64,000 nt of DNA, taken from positions 35,776,001 to 35,840,000 of the forward strand of contig NC_086109.1 of NCBI RefSeq assembly GCF_963921235.1. The letters are read 5' to 3'. The notes beneath the pieces are model-generated. The model had not been told where the DNA came from and made no database searches. It saw nothing but the letters and a program-made list of their open reading frames with translations. A program made the position numbers and the translations under genes. This document shows, one piece after another, positions 38,520 to 53,217 of this stretch. Source of the stretch: Mobula hypostoma. Its lineage: Eukaryota. Positions within the stretch are counted from its first letter, which is position 1, and each line of letters opens with the position of its first letter.

Positions 38520-39170
38520 TGCAGCTGCCATTTAGAAAATAGTTTGCGACTTTATTCCTTTTACCAAAGTGCATGACCATATACTTCCCTGTACTATATT
38601 TCAACTGCCACTTATTTGGCCATTCTCTCAAACTGTCCATGGTCTCCTGCAGACTCCCTGCTTCTTTAACTCTATCTCTCCTGCCACCTATCTTTGTACC
38701 ATCTGCCAATCTGGCCACAAAGTCATGCAAATCATTGACATATAACATGAAAAGAAGTTGTCACAATACTGACCCCTGTGAAACACCACTAGTCTCTGGT
38801 AGCCAACAAGAATACGGATTTTTATTCCCTCTCTTTGCTTCATGCCAGTCAGCTAATCTTCTATCCATCCTAATATCTTTCCAGTAATACCATCGGCTCT
38901 TAGCTTGTTAAGCAGCCTCATATCTGGTTCCTTGTCAAAGACCTTCTCGGAGTCCAAATAAACAACATCCACTGTCTTTCCTTTGTCTATCCTGCCTGTT
39001 ATTTCTTCAAATAAATCCAACAGATTTGTCAGGAAAAATTTTTCCCCTTAAGGAAATCATGCTGACTTTGGTCTAGTTTATCATGCATCTCCAAGTACCC
39101 CAAAACCTCATTCTTAGTAATGGACTTCAACATTTTTTCAACCACTGAGTTCAGACTAACGGCCTTTAAT
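38520..39170 (-). mobile_element. CR1 LINE RT fragment
   Basis: ORF 38503-38748 MLYVNDL..LADGTKIGG..W..KWQL; homologous to 59100-59900. Confidence 0.8.
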
Positions 39171-41599
39171 GAGATAGATGCGAAAAAAACAAATCAACAA
39201 TTGTAAACCTATGCCACGAACAATACCTTTACGAAACAAGGGAAAAAACATTAAATTTTATGAATAAATTGAAGAATATGAAGTGCAATTAAAACAGGAG
39301 CTTATTCATATTTCAACAATCAATAAAATGGTATATCCAGTTTGACACACTGAATATAATAATTTACACGTAAGAAAGCTGACCATTAATGGACTGTATT
39401 AAAATATTAGTTCTGAATTTAGACACAGTTTAAGACCCAAACTCATTAAATATTTACCACATTATCTGTATGCATCAGGCCACTGATGTGCTGCAAAAAT
39501 TAAAAGACAGAGTTAACTTATCAAACCGTGGCATTAATGGTGGCTTCACTATCAATGCCATCAAATTGCACAATGATGATATATATTGTACCTTCCAGAA
39601 ATACTCAGCTAATTTGACTGAAGGTCATAATTTGCAACAAGGTAGTGTCACTACTGTGCAGCAATTAGTAATGGTGGACGCCAGAAGTCAACAAGGTATC
39701 AGCCAAAAGCAAAATAAAGTCAATTACCCAGACTGCAGAAAAGAATGAAGTTAGTTCTCATTTTTATTTCCTAAATGTTCTTCATAGTTTTTGTTTCCTT
39801 TTCCTGAGATTTCCTTCTGACATGCAATATTCTATGTCAGAGTATGTACACTATTCAGTGCTTTATAGCCTGTCACACTATAATGAACCTGCAGACGTAG
39901 GACAAATGTACTCCAGCCAGCAATTTCAAATATGATAGTGAGAATTCTTGGAGCTAATTTAAACATTGTTTGTCTTTGCAGAATCAAACCTATTTATGTT
40001 ATGCTGATTTGGGAGGAAGAAGGTCGTGTGTCAGATATTATCCAAGAGTTTGCATGTCCCAAGATCATCAACTTGGGCATTTGAAGTAATAATCACTTAG
40101 TTGCTGTGTATATAGATCTCAAAATGCTCACCATGCCTCTGAGTCCCTTAAGCTTATACTTTTCATGGATTAAAATGGTCCATCGTCTAAACATCCAATC
40201 ACACTAAAATTTACCTTTATTTCTTTGATTCATGTTATTAAGTACAGGGCAAGATTTATGAGATATGGTACATATAACGGCCAAGCTAGTATTAATATAC
40301 CAATATTTTTATTGTGTTGGAATCTTTCAACTTTTAACAGCAGAAATTAACACGAAACAAACTCATCTGTGATTACCAAAATTAAGTTCTTGCACACAAA
40401 TTGATACAGGAAGGCAAACTCTTCCCCAATATAATGAATATGAGCAATTTGGCTTTCACTATCACCACAGTTCAGACTTAATTGCACAATGATTCCCTCC
40501 ACATTGACGTATTTTGTAGTTCATTCCATACATATATTATATATACAGTAATCAATATGCCAAAGAATGACTAGCCATGTAACAAAGATACCTGTAAAAT
40601 ATTTTGCAAAACAGAATCTTCTGTTGACAATTTGACATTTTAGAAAAAAGATCAATGTCTTATTTATCCATGAATATTTTTTCTTAACGCGATATTCAAA
40701 ATGGAAAAATGCAAAATTTTGCTGAGTTTTATCTTTCCAATATTTTGATAATTAAATCTGTGCTTCACAATAAGATTTCCAAGAGGCCCCAGTGAACGTA
40801 GTTGGTATCAAACATTTATGATCCTTTTTGCATGAACACTAAATTATATACTGAATTTAAAATAGCATTCGAAACTCACCTCAGGGTTAATTTTTTTGAA
40901 TCGTATGTGAGCTGAAAAGCCACACAATATGATTATTATGCTCACTGTGCTGCTTGGAATAAGAATTTAAACATATGCAATCCAAAAGTTACTGGCCAAT
41001 TTCAAAAACACTTGCAAATGAAGCTCCATCTTTGATCTTCATTTGAGAGAATTCATTTCTGAAGGACCATTTGTGAAGTTACAAGAGAGATATGGCATTT
41101 TAGTTTTGAAGTGGATATCAGAATCCCAATTATGTTTTAAAATGGCAATATCATTAAAATACTCCAGCAGGCTTTGCTTTAACATTCAACTCAAAAAGGG
41201 AATGTGAAGCAAAGGGGAATTATTTTCATTTATATGAAGAAACAAAGCCACTTTGGAAATTCAAAGTCAGAGAGTTATAAATTCAGTAGAAAACCATTGC
41301 CAAGATATCACACGGCGTTCTAAGATATTGATTGGCTCACACATTGCAGACTATTTTTGAAAGAAAACAGTATTTGTATAAAAGAGTTTGTGAGGAGTAA
41401 GTTTGGATTTAGAGCTCTCATTTCAAATGTGATGACATGCATGTAGAACAAGGCAGATAAATTGTGTAAGAGTTGGATCCACGCCTCTAAGAGTTAAAAT
41501 TCTCTTAGATACTGTTGGAAGATCTTCTGCTGTAATAATAGCTCAGAACATGTAGCAAATCTTTATCACCTTGAGTTGGAACTGGGGAGAAAGAAAGTT

Positions 41600-41710
41600 C
41601 ATCGACTGTTTACCCTTTTCCATAGATGCTGCCTGGCCTGCTGAGATCCTGCAGCATTTTGTGTGTGTGTTACTCAGATTTCCAGCAGCTACAGGTTTTC
41701 TCTTGTTTTT
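41600..41710 (+). mobile_element. Penelope terminal-repeat fragment
   Basis: CATCGACTG...ATAGATGCTGCCTGGCCTGCTGAG...CAGCATTTTGTGTGTG...ATTTCCAGCA, as at 14628-14735. Confidence 0.75.
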
Positions 41711-42759
41711 GAAGTTCATTATTTTGTTGCTATTTAATATAAGCTTTAAACAAAATGAAGCAATCTGGTTCTTAGCCACTGTTTGATTCAGTGTGTTTAA
41801 AACTCTTTGGTGTTGAATCAGACCAATTTCAGTTTCAACAATGTTGTGTTGCAACTCTAACCACAGGAAAACTGCTAGCAGAATCTATCTTATTTTATAC
41901 TCTACTGACTTTAACGATTTATGACATTTTTTGTGAAAGCTGCGGTGTGTTCATGAGAATGAAAATAATTTTTCTTATCTAAAATTGACTCACTGAGTTC
42001 AGGATGGCACCCCAGTGAGGACATCGTGCTATCTGTCAATGTAAAAAATTGAGAATTCTCGTGATTGAAATCTTATCTGTACTTCGAAGCCCTGTGTCCA
42101 GGGCTTTATAATCAAAATAATTGAAATTAAAGAAATGATGGGGGCATCAATCTAATATACTGAAAGCAGAAGGAACAATAAATTCTTCAGAAATAGAGAG
42201 GAACGAAGAGTGCATTAACTATAACTAGTCATTAACATCACTAAAGACAAAATTGGACTGAGTAATGAGAACCATAAACCAACCAGGTTGGCATTAAAAC
42301 CCATTCAGTCTATCAGTGTTAATCAGGGAGGAAAATCTGCCATCCTTACCAGGGCTGGCCTATCTATGGTCCCAGACCCATCAATATGATTGATTCTTTA
42401 TTCCTTTAACTACGAGAAATGGACAACAACTATTGACATTTGCAAAGGCATCCACATCCCATGAACATTCCTTTGATAATTAAAGAGACAAAAAAATCAA
42501 ACAAAAAGCAAGGTATAGAGACTGAGAATTTTCTTTTTGTGTCTAAGAGAATGTCACCTTCTCCATTAAGCTTTGAATCTGGACCAGGTGTATGTTTGTT
42601 TACAATAATTTAGTTATGTAACTTTTTCTTCCAATTCCTAGCCATGGTTTAATATTTCTCAAAGTAAAATATTGTTATTTGTATGATGGCATTGGATTTG
42701 CTGACTATGAAGTTCTAAACTCACATGAAGTTCTTAAACCCTATCGGACATAAATAGTT

Positions 42760-44292
42760 ATAGTGTATGAAATCCTGATCAGCAAGGTTGAAAAGCTTGA
42801 AAGAACGATCAGCACACATGGAAAACAGTGGCTTGGACTTCCACGATGCTTAAGTCCTGTTGGACTGTATGGGAACAGCAAATTGGAATTACCAATTGCA
42901 AGTCTTGTGGAAGAATTCAAATGCACCAAAGCAAGGTTGGTCATGACCCTCACTGAATCTGAAGATACTGTTATTCAAACAGCGCCCCCCCCACCCCCCG
43001 TGTGGTAACGGGGAGGAAGTGGGTCCCATCTGAAGCTGTTCAGAGTGCTACGTCTGCTCTTCGCTTCAGGGATGTGGTTGGTTAAGTCCAACATGGGAGG
43101 GCTGGGCTCAGGCTCGTCCCAAAAGCTCCTCAATGGCACAAGGAAACACTAGTGCAGAAGAGACGGCTCATGGGAGGCGTTGAGAAGACAGGAGGAGGCA
43201 GAGCGACATGCCAGGGCCGTCTCAATGACCAAACAGGGCCAATGGTCTAATTGGGAAAGCCTGGAAAAGAGGAAACTTAGCTGGCGTGACATCTGGGAGA
43301 TGGAGGGATCTCAGCTAAGTTTTGTCATCAGAGGCACTTATGACCTCCTGCCCACACCCCAGAACCTGAACCAGTGGTGGGGAGAAGACCGCGCTTGCTC
43401 TCTTTGTCAAGCATCCAGATCACTAAGGCACATTTTAACAGGATGCACTACGAGCCTCACCCAGGGGCGGTACACTTGGCGGTATAACCAAGTTCTCAGA
43501 TAGCTGGCATCAATCTTGGAACAGAGGCGAATCATCACAAATGCTCTCCCACAAACATCGGCAGGAAATATCCACCATATACGATTTGTACCAGCAGGCC
43601 AACCTCCAGAGCACCATATAACATCGAAAGATGTAAGCATTCTGTAGGTTACTTGGGATTGGAAAATGGACGTGAGCTTGGAAAAAAAGCTTGTGTTTCC
43701 CCCAGACATTGCAGCTACAACACTCCGGCCAGACATGGTCCTGTGGTCCACAACAGCCAAGCTGGCATATGTTGTGAAATTGACAGTACCATGGGAAGAT
43801 GGTGTCGAAGAAGCTTATGAGAGGAAAAAGACCAAGTACTCTGAACTGGCAACTGAAGCTGCCCAGAATGGCTGGAAGACCAAAATTTTCCCTGTAGAAG
43901 TGGGTTGCAGAGGATTCGTTGCTACATCTATGACCAGTCTAATGTAGAAAATGGGGGTGAGGGGTCACTCCCTCCAACAAGCAATCAAGTCCTTGTCAAA
44001 TGCAGCAGAAGAAAGCAGCAATTGGATTTGGATTAAAAGGAAAGATAACAACTGGGCTGCAAGACGAAGACAGGAGGGTGTGGAACAGAAGGGGGTGTAT
44101 CTGGGATTCCATGTAGCACCGTTGAGCCCTCTGGAGATGTCCTGGGCTTATCAACGAAATGTCAAAGAAGGAGGGTGTCCACCTGATGACCCCGATGACA
44201 TACCTACCCTCCATCCTCGTCACCACTCCAAATCCACTGCCAACATCGAGAGTGCCAACTTACCATAGGGATTGAAACATCAAGTCCTAGTA
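42760..44292 (+). mobile_element. 5'-truncated non-LTR retrotransposon with restriction-like endonuclease (R2 group, HERO-like)
   Basis: CCHC motif CSLCQ..SLRHILTGC, then GRYTWRYNQVL and the RLE motif LRPDMVLWS..VVKLTVPWE..EEAYERKKTKYSEL..PVEVGCRGFVA; several in-frame stops; ~200-bp 3' UTR. Confidence 0.85.
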
Positions 44293-47200
44293 GCTCTACT
44301 ATCTGCAATTTAACTATGCTATGTTCAAACACTAGTTCACTTCCCTGCTTATACTCCATAGTATCACTATCAAGTCGCCACTATTTGATAGTGATACCCA
44401 ATATCTCTCCCTATCAAGGAGAAGTGGCTTTCAGCTAGCAATCTAGTTTAAAGCACAGTTCATTTCTTTTCAGTAATATATGCTTACATCCAAACAACAC
44501 TCTGAAAACACATTTAAAACTCACAGAGGATTCTATCTGAAACATTTCCAAATTCCAAACCACTTCTAACACACAAACCTTTTCTAAAATGCAGACCATT
44601 TTGCAAACACAAAGGATTTCCAAAACACAGGTAAAATTTCTATAAATTAAAATGACATACCTGCAAGTTGCAGATGAGCCAATCATTTGTTACAGAAACC
44701 AAAGCCCATGCTTATCCCATATTTCTGGATGTCCCTTACCCCATTCCTAATAAGTCTGGACTGATGTCTACATTTATACCATTTTCTCTTCCACCTGGAT
44801 TTTCTTTTCACATGTATATGATACTTCCTCAGATATACTTGTTACCACAAATGTTAGTAAAGCATCTTGGAGACATCAATCTCGGCCACTTCCACTTGAT
44901 GCTTTATAACTAACTTCCTTGAGCACATAAAACTCCCAATGATATGCTAGATTACATCCATCTTGTTTGCAAGCTTTCTTGAACTAAGCAACTTAGAGTC
45001 AGTTTGTCTGTTTTGGAACAAGCTAAATTAAATAACCCATTGTCTTGTACTGCATCTTGAGTAGTAATAAAGCAGGCGCAGTGAGCTTCTACAGACAAAG
45101 CATCTGTATATCTGCTGTACAAACAATAATTAGTTTTCATTTCAAGCTGATTACTGCTTGCCTTTTACATTTTAAGAATTGAAGACTGTTTTGTTTAACA
45201 TCTTGCCATAAATAGAAGCAATCTAATTTGGAAGTTTACCTATAACTTTGCGATCTTACAAGTGGCAGCTGCTGTGTTTAGAAAACTAAGGAATGAATAT
45301 CCATCACACTTGCTCAGATTGTTGGATTGCAATTGCATCCTCTGATTGTATTTTCTCTTTGATACAGAGCTGACGTCTATCTGACAGAGGTTTGCAGATT
45401 ATATTGCCAAATCCAAACAGTTTTTTCAATACACCCTATTGTATCTTAAAAAAAGGTAATTGTTCAACAAAGCAATGACTGATTGTGTACCACCAATAGA
45501 TATACAAATTGATATGAACATTAATTTGATCACAATTTTGATAGGTTAACTATTATCTATTTATTGTGGATTAAATTGTTGTCAGTTTATTTAGTTTTAA
45601 TAAATAAACTGACAGAGCTTCATAGACCACAAAAATAGCCAAAAGACAATTAATTCTAATGCTATATTTTCACATTTGATTCCACACTCTAATGCACTTA
45701 CTTGTTTTGCTTCCTTGTATTTTCAAAGAAAGAGTGATACCCCTTATTGAATGCCTGTAAAGACTTCCAGCTGTTGGCTTATAAAGAAGAAAATAAAATA
45801 ACCATTTTACTAGAAGATGAACTTATGAGATCCTGCAGTGAGGCCTTAATTTTCTGCACGAGTCCTCAGTACTACTTCAAAGCAAAATCGGCAACCTGTA
45901 TAGAGAGCCAATATATGATGTGAAACTCTAGTGCTATGGCCTTGTTGTGGTTTTGTGGTTTCTTGACTTCTGATGTCTGGATTCTAAGTGAAACTGCTTT
46001 TTGGACTGTTCATGCAGAGAAATGCTTGGCCTGGATGTGCTATAAGCTTTGTAAGTTAGGGTTTCCATCTCAATTGCTGTGAAATTATGGTGATAGAGTG
46101 GTAGCAGTCACAAGGAATTACCTTGTAGAAAAATAGATACAGACATAAAAAAAGATTCAATTTCAAAAGAAACTGAATCTTTGCTGCTGTTTGCAATAGG
46201 TTTTCAACCTACTTTATACCATTCAGCTCTTCAATTTATTTTTGCAGAATCTTCTGATGTGGATTTCAACAAAAGAAATGAAAGTAATCATATTTCAGAT
46301 TGATGTTGAACTTGAGAATTTTCATTATATATTTTTAAAAAGTAATGATACCTAATGTGTAATAACATCACAGATAGTTTTGGCAAGCATTACACCAAGG
46401 TAAGGAGCTTTGCACTTTGTAATACATTTTGTAGCAATATATAAATATTGAATGCAGGAATATATAAATCAAAATAATGAATGATTATCTTATATTTGTT
46501 GCAGAGTGCACTGTCACCTCTAGCTGATGGTAGATTGGCTATACCAGACCTTATCCTATCCAATTGGATCAGACACTAATGGGGTTAAATTAGACCAACA
46601 TATAGTTGTAAGGCAAACTCCAGGAGGATAAATAAATTCTACAAAATCGAGTGCTCGTCAGATTGGATTTTACTTTCTTGTCCAGTTGTGCCTGTCTGGA
46701 TGTGTACGTGCTGGACTTTTACTGTTGAATACTTATAAAATTCTCTTGATGATTGCTGGTAATAGGAAAAGAAATTCTCTGGAGAATTTATTTGACTGCT
46801 TGTTCCAGACTCAGTTCCTAATAAGAAAAGCCAGACAGTATAAAATCTACTTGCGTACAGCATTTCAATTTGCAGTTATGTTTCAAGTTGCTCACATTTG
46901 GTTTTTAATGACATATATCTATATTTATTTTATATAACTTGAAGCAGTTTCCTGTACATTATGGATGCCAAGCAGGCTACACATGGTTCTTTTACAGTTC
47001 AAATATGGCTTTCAGAGATGCACAACGAAGATGTATTTAGAGCTTTAACTCTGTAAATTGGGAGATATGCTTCTGGGGGCAATGACGTTCAGCACAGTTT
47101 AACCTAGGCAGCTGCTGGCAGGATATGTTGGTCTGGGACTATTGTTGTAAATGGCCACATTCAGTCATTGCACTGAAGACAAAAAAATAATGTACTTGTG

Positions 47201-47584
47201 ATTTCTCTGCAAATAGTTCTGCAGAAAACAGCCTGTATAATATGAACTGGACTCCACTGAGAAATTTACCAAGAATCATTAGTCACCCTATATTAATATT
47301 AAGGATGATAATCACCTTATTATATTATAAAACAAATGTAGGAACAAAGAAAAAGAAGTAATTTTAAACCAGAATGGGAATATGACTGTCGATCCACTAT
47401 TAAGTGTTAAAGTTCTGTCGCTTATTTGCAAAACAACTTTAACTACAAGTGAACAACTCAGAACATCACCAGAAAAATAAACTTCAAGTTTTTATTTAAT
47501 TATCTTACGAACTTTATCAAGTTACACAAGCCAGCGGACATTAATTGCGACATTCTAAAAGGAAGCTAATAGAAAAAAATAATT

Positions 47585-47975
47585 CCCACAACACGCTGGA
47601 GGAACTCAGCAGGTCGGGCAGCATCAGTGTAAAAGATTGGTCAACATTTCGGGCCAGAACCCTTCGTCAGGACTGTAGGGGGAAGGGGCAGAGGCTCTAT
47701 AAAGAAGGTGGGAGGAGGGTGGGAAGGAGAAGGCTGGTAGGTTCCAGGAGCAAAAACAGTAAGGGGAAAGATAAAGGGGTGGGGGAAGGGAGGCAGGGAG
47801 GTGATAGGCAGGAAAAGTGAAGAAAGAATAGGGGAAAACACAATGGGTAGTAGAAGGAGGCAGAACCAAGAGGGAGGAGGTAGGCAGCTGGGGGAGGGGG
47901 CAGAGTGAAATAGAGATAGGGGAAGGGAGGGGGAGGGAATTACTGGAAGTTGGAGAATTCTGTGTTCATACCAAG
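47585..47975 (-). mobile_element. Penelope-like terminal repeat/3' fragment with hammerhead motif (47640-47674)
   Basis: Minus strand reads AGUC CUGACGA AGGGUUCUGGCCC GAAAU GUU GAC; purine-rich tract; end of ORF (..GMNTEFSNFQ*). Confidence 0.75.
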
Positions 47976-48589
47976 AAAAAATAATTATTGTTGTATTATT
48001 TTCGATAACCTGTTGGAGTTTGAATGCCCATAGATTGATGATGAATTTGTTAAGAATGCTACAGAACTGCAATTTAGGGCCAAAATAATACAAAACTTCG
48101 GCAACTAGTGATTCCAAAATCCAAAATAAGATTATCAGGAATGAAGGTTCACAAAGCCTTAAGCTTTAACATTAATTTGTCAGTATGTTTTTTTGTTTTT
48201 CCTTAAATTCTATATATAAAAACATACATAGAAATTGTGCGTGGACACCTGAAATCGTTTGTGTGGCTGTGGGTGATAGTAGTTGATGCCTCTTCAAGGA
48301 AGGTACATATCTTTGTTATCAAGCACTTCACCTTTTGCATCTCGGGCTTATTGTGCAAGGCATGCCTTCTGAGTCATTTCTAACAATGACCAGAGATTGA
48401 CGGTTCAAAATAAGATACAGCAAGTTCCATTTGTCTATTTATGGAAGATCCCCTAGGAGGGATAGAATGATGCAGTCATGTAATTACAAGGAATATAGAA
48501 CAGAAAGAAACTCACAAAAGTGAAGGTTGAAAAAGACCAGCTGTCTATTAAGTCTGTTTCCTTTGCTGCACTATTGCTGGTTTTAGATT

Positions 48590-49575
48590 AGAATGGATTC
48601 GAAATAACTTTATTGTCATTGTGCTGAGTACAGATACAAAGCCAATGAAATGCAGTTATCATCTAACCAGAAGTGCAAAGAATCGTGTTATTTGCAAAAT
48701 AACTGCGAATAAAAAGTAAGTGCTACAGCACACAAATATAAAAGTATTGAGACAGTACAATATGGGTGCAATACTGCTTAGCGCTGTGATGTGAGGTTCA
48801 GCAGGGTCACAGCCTCAGGGAAGAAGCTCTTCCTGTGCCTGCTGGTGCAGGAGCGGAGGCTCCTGTAGTGCCTACCGGATGGGAGGAGAGTAAAAAGTCC
48901 ATGGTTAGGGTGAGATGCATCCTTGATAATGTTTTTTGCCCTGCCCAGGCAGCGTTTATGGTAGATGTTCTCAACGGTGGGCAACTGGGTGCCGATAATC
49001 TGCGGGGCAGTTTTCACCACACGCTGGAGCGCTTTGCAGTCCGATACGGGACAATTGCCATACCACACTGAGATGCAATTGGTGAGTCTACTCTCAATGG
49101 TACAGAGGTAAAAGTCCATCAGTATCCTGGGACAGAGGTGAGCTTTCTTGATGCTCCACAGAAAATAAAGGTGTGCGCCTTTTTGATCAGGATGGAGGAG
49201 TTCAGGGACCAGGTGAGATCCTCGGAAATGTGGACACCAAGGAATTTGAAGCTTGATACTTGCTCTACTGCAGCTCCAGTGATGTAGATGGGGATGTGAG
49301 TGTGGTTCCTAGCATGCCTGAAGTCCACAATGATCTCCTTGGTCTTCTGGATGTTAAGGGCCAGGTTGTTGTCGGCACACCACGTGGCCAGGTACTGGAC
49401 CTCATCCCTGTAGGCCATCTTGTTATCCTCTCTGATCAGGCCAACCACTGTGGTGTTGTCTGCGAACTTGATTATGGAGTTGGAACCATGTACAGGAACA
49501 CAGTCATAGGTGAACATGGAGTACAGAAGAAGGCTCAGCACACAGCCTTGAGGCATGCCGGTGTTCAGGGTTCCC
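48590..49575 (-). mobile_element. Rex1/Babar-type LINE, RT 3' part
   Basis: LNTGMPQGCVLS.LLYS.FTYDC..IIKFADNTTVVGLI..LNIQKTKEIIVDFR..FKFLGVHISEDLTWS; FY.CTIES.LT.CISVWYGN. Confidence 0.85.
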
Positions 49576-51489
49576 ACCTACTCCTGCCAACATTCATCAG
49601 TCTACTAGGAGAGTCAAAAAATATACTTTTTGAAACCACTTGCCATGATTGCAGCTTTCTTTTTAAGGAAATTTCATTCTGTTATTAAAGGAATGATTCT
49701 TAGATGACTGCCTCTGAGGAATGCTTCATTCTGCACAATGTACAAGAATTGCTGCATTAGCACCTCAATAATTAATCTAACAAGATCAAAGAACATCAGA
49801 TGAATCATTCCTTACCTTTCGCAAATATATTTATAAGATGCCTAAATTAGCTTTGGAACACTCTGCACATAGTCCAAATCTTATCGATCATTACCTGAGC
49901 CAAATCAATTTAAAAAAAAGGACGTCATTATAAAACTGTGCAGAATATAGATAACTTCGAATGGACAATGTCACATTTGAATAAAATTGTCTGTGGAGGT
50001 ATATTAACTAAAATTACATGACTTAACGACTATTATTATGTGTATATACAAGGTAATCTAGGGGTTACAGAATAAACAAAAACTTGATTAGGCAAGCACT
50101 ATAATTTGATCATCTATTCAAGTTCAAATTCAATTGTCATTCAACCATACGTGAATACCGATGAATGCAGCCAAATGAAACAACGTTACTCCAGGGCTTA
50201 GGTGCAAAACACAGCACCAACAGTCATATACATCAGCATTGGCATAAATATTGCTTCATTGTATTAAAAGACTGTGTCATCATTTAGGTTTTGCTCTTGT
50301 GCTATCAGACTAATATCTTTGTTTGTTGCATACTTTACGGGAAATGAATAAGCTCTGTTTAAAGACTAAAGTTTAAATCAATATGAAATCAAAAAGGGTA
50401 AAACTGAAAGTGCACAGATGCCACAAGGCAACAGCTTTGCTCAATAACCTATGATGAGCTATCATGCATCTTGACAATAACAGAATTGTTAGGGTTAAGA
50501 AAAAAGTGAATGGTTTTAATATATTTTGGCCTTCCATGAAATTACATTGAAAAGAGAGCCATTATCTTGGCCCTCCGCCCAGCTGTGAAGACACAGAGTG
50601 AGAAAGAAGCAAACCTTTTTCAATGGAGAATTGAGCTATAGTTCTTGACCCAGAAATGTAAGCTAAAAATTTAAAAAAGCATTTTACTGTTATAATTAAC
50701 TAAATGGAAAGCAAATAAAATTATAAGTTATGTTTATGGTCAAGAGCTTTCTTTGTAATGTGGTTAAATGAAAAAAGGATAGATTACATGAGATGAGAGA
50801 CTATGAGAAATAGTGGAAAAGAATAAGTTGTGCTTACTAACATTGGCAGAAGTAAAGTTAACTGTATTTGCCTGAGTTGTGTCACAGCTCTAGCCGATGC
50901 ACAACAGCATTTCCTGCAACCTTCCAATCTCCTCCAGCCTTGCTGGCAGTTTCTAAGCTTCAAAATTGTGTAGTGATCTAATATTTCTCTCACACTCATT
51001 CTACAAACTCACAGGTGTTCCTGAAACCTGGAGTCAATCCAAAATATTCTAATGAGATTCCTGGGAATTTGTGTCAGTCAAGCAAAAAATACGTCAGGTT
51101 CTACATCTGGTTGGATTCAGTCCCAATCAGTAAAACCATGCTTTACTGTTAGGACCCACTGTTGCAATTTATTGGAGAGAAGCCTTTTTTTTTATCGGGA
51201 TGAAATCCCAGGTTCTATTCAACAATCTCAGAAGATCAAATTGGGAAGCATTCAGGGGAAAACAGCCAAAAACAAGAAAGCTCATTGCGTAATTTAATCG
51301 AAAAGAGGCAATATGAGAAAAATGGATAAAAATGATTAAGATTTCAATAACAGATGAAAGCTAAACAAGAAATGGATTTTCTGGAAAATCAGCAATGTTT
51401 GCTTACTGAGATGTTTAAATATGAAAATAAAAGGCAAACATCATCTGTTCAGGTAATTTGAAATGAATTTCAGGCCTGGTTCCATTTAA

Positions 51490-51950
51490 AGTACAGCACA
51501 GGAGGAGACTTTATGATTGGCCATGTCTTCACCGAGCATGATGCCAATCTAAATTAATCGCTTTGGCAAGTATACTATCTGCAGCTCTCAGTTACCTGTC
51601 AGTTTATGTATTTGTCCAAATGCCTCATCAGCATCACTGTTTTATATGCTTCTATCATGTCCCCAAAGAGTGTATTCCAGACACCTACAACTCACTGTGT
51701 TAAAAACTTACCTCACATATCTCCTTTAAACATTCCCCTTCTCATTTTAAACATCCACTTTGATTTTTAAAAAAGCTCTGACTATCTACCCTGTCTATGC
51801 CTCTTATAATTTTATATACTTCAATCGAGTCGCTGCTCAGCCCCTGATGTTACAGTGAAAACAATTTTTATTCAACCTCTCCATTTAGCTAATACTGCAA
51901 TTCAGGCAACATCCTTGTAACTATCTTATATACCCTTCTTGAAGTCTCTC
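51490..51950 (-). mobile_element. CR1 3' fragment (decayed)
   Basis: GTACAGCACAGGA..., CTCCTTTAAACATTCCCCTTCTCA and CAGGCAACATCCTTGTAA match the other CR1 3' ends. Confidence 0.65.
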
Positions 51951-52508
51951 TATCCTTTGGCCATAATTTCCGTACGATTGCGAGCAGTGTTAATATAATG
52001 TTAACAGATTTCATATTGTGGCAATAGGCATTGAAATCAATGTTTCATTCTGTAAAACTTGAAATGAGGTAGAGTAATGAGTCCAAGTGGAAAATGTCAA
52101 AAAAATTCAGTGTTTCAAAGATATGTTAGAGATGTGGAATAAATCTATAATGGCAACAATTTAATATTAATTCCAAATAATTAAAATATTATAAAAGAAT
52201 GAAATTATTTCATAATTTGCTTTAATAGAGAATATAATTGGATAATATATTGGAAATGAAATTGTTTTAAATAATGGGAAACGGATAATGTAACAATGAT
52301 TCAATCAATTATCAAAGTATTTAGGTCCTTTGCCTAAGATTCAAGATTGTTTAATGTCATTTCCAGTATACCAGTGAAAAGGAGAACAAAATATTTGTTA
52401 CCCTGGATCTGGTGCAGCATATAAGCACACATTAAATGGAAGAACACAATAATAAACAAACACAATAAAGATAACTACATAAAATGGCTTATATACATAG
52501 AGTGATTA

Positions 52509-53185
52509 CACTGGACAACATTTCTTTTCAAAAGTATTATGTCATCGGAAAATTTTGTGATTATGATCGACTGCTTGAACTTGAACACAGCGATAATTCC
52601 AGACTACTAGTATCATATAAGAATTAACTTTTATTGACATTAATCCGTGTAATTGCAAAACATTGTTGATGCTTTACAGTAGTTCAACTAAGCTAAAAAA
52701 AAAATTCATTTGTACTCAGTGTATGAGGCTTCTCATTTAAGGGTCCAACAATAATCAGCCATTTTTGATGGATTCCAGTTGCCCTGATACTATTTCTCCA
52801 TGACCACTATGTCCTGGTGAAACTTTTGCTATGCTCGTCACTGACAGTGCCAAGATTTCCAGGGGAGAAGCCTGAATGGGAATGCAACCAATGTGAGGAG
52901 CCCAGGTTTTGACTTGGTCACCAATTTCACATCCAAAGTAGAGCCCATAGGGTTTCTTAATAAGAGGAGATATGCTCCATCTTTGAGAGTTAAGCGCATA
53001 TTCGCCACGAATATAACAGAAAGTATCATGGCTGTTGCAACATTGGGGAGACATTTTGCTATCACAAATACACCTAAAAATACAATTACTTTATTATAAT
53101 GAGTACACACAATATGCTATGCGCGTGGAGCATGCACGTCCACATGATCACAGACTGATATACATATAAACACAGTGCATAGAAC

Positions 53186-53217
<32 letters not shown>

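Noticed and set aside
39960..40090. Possible alternative GRM4 exon after TTTGTCTTTGCAG
   Set aside because: No similarity to the mGluR TM7 or C-tail in any frame and no supporting evidence beyond an acceptor-like motif.
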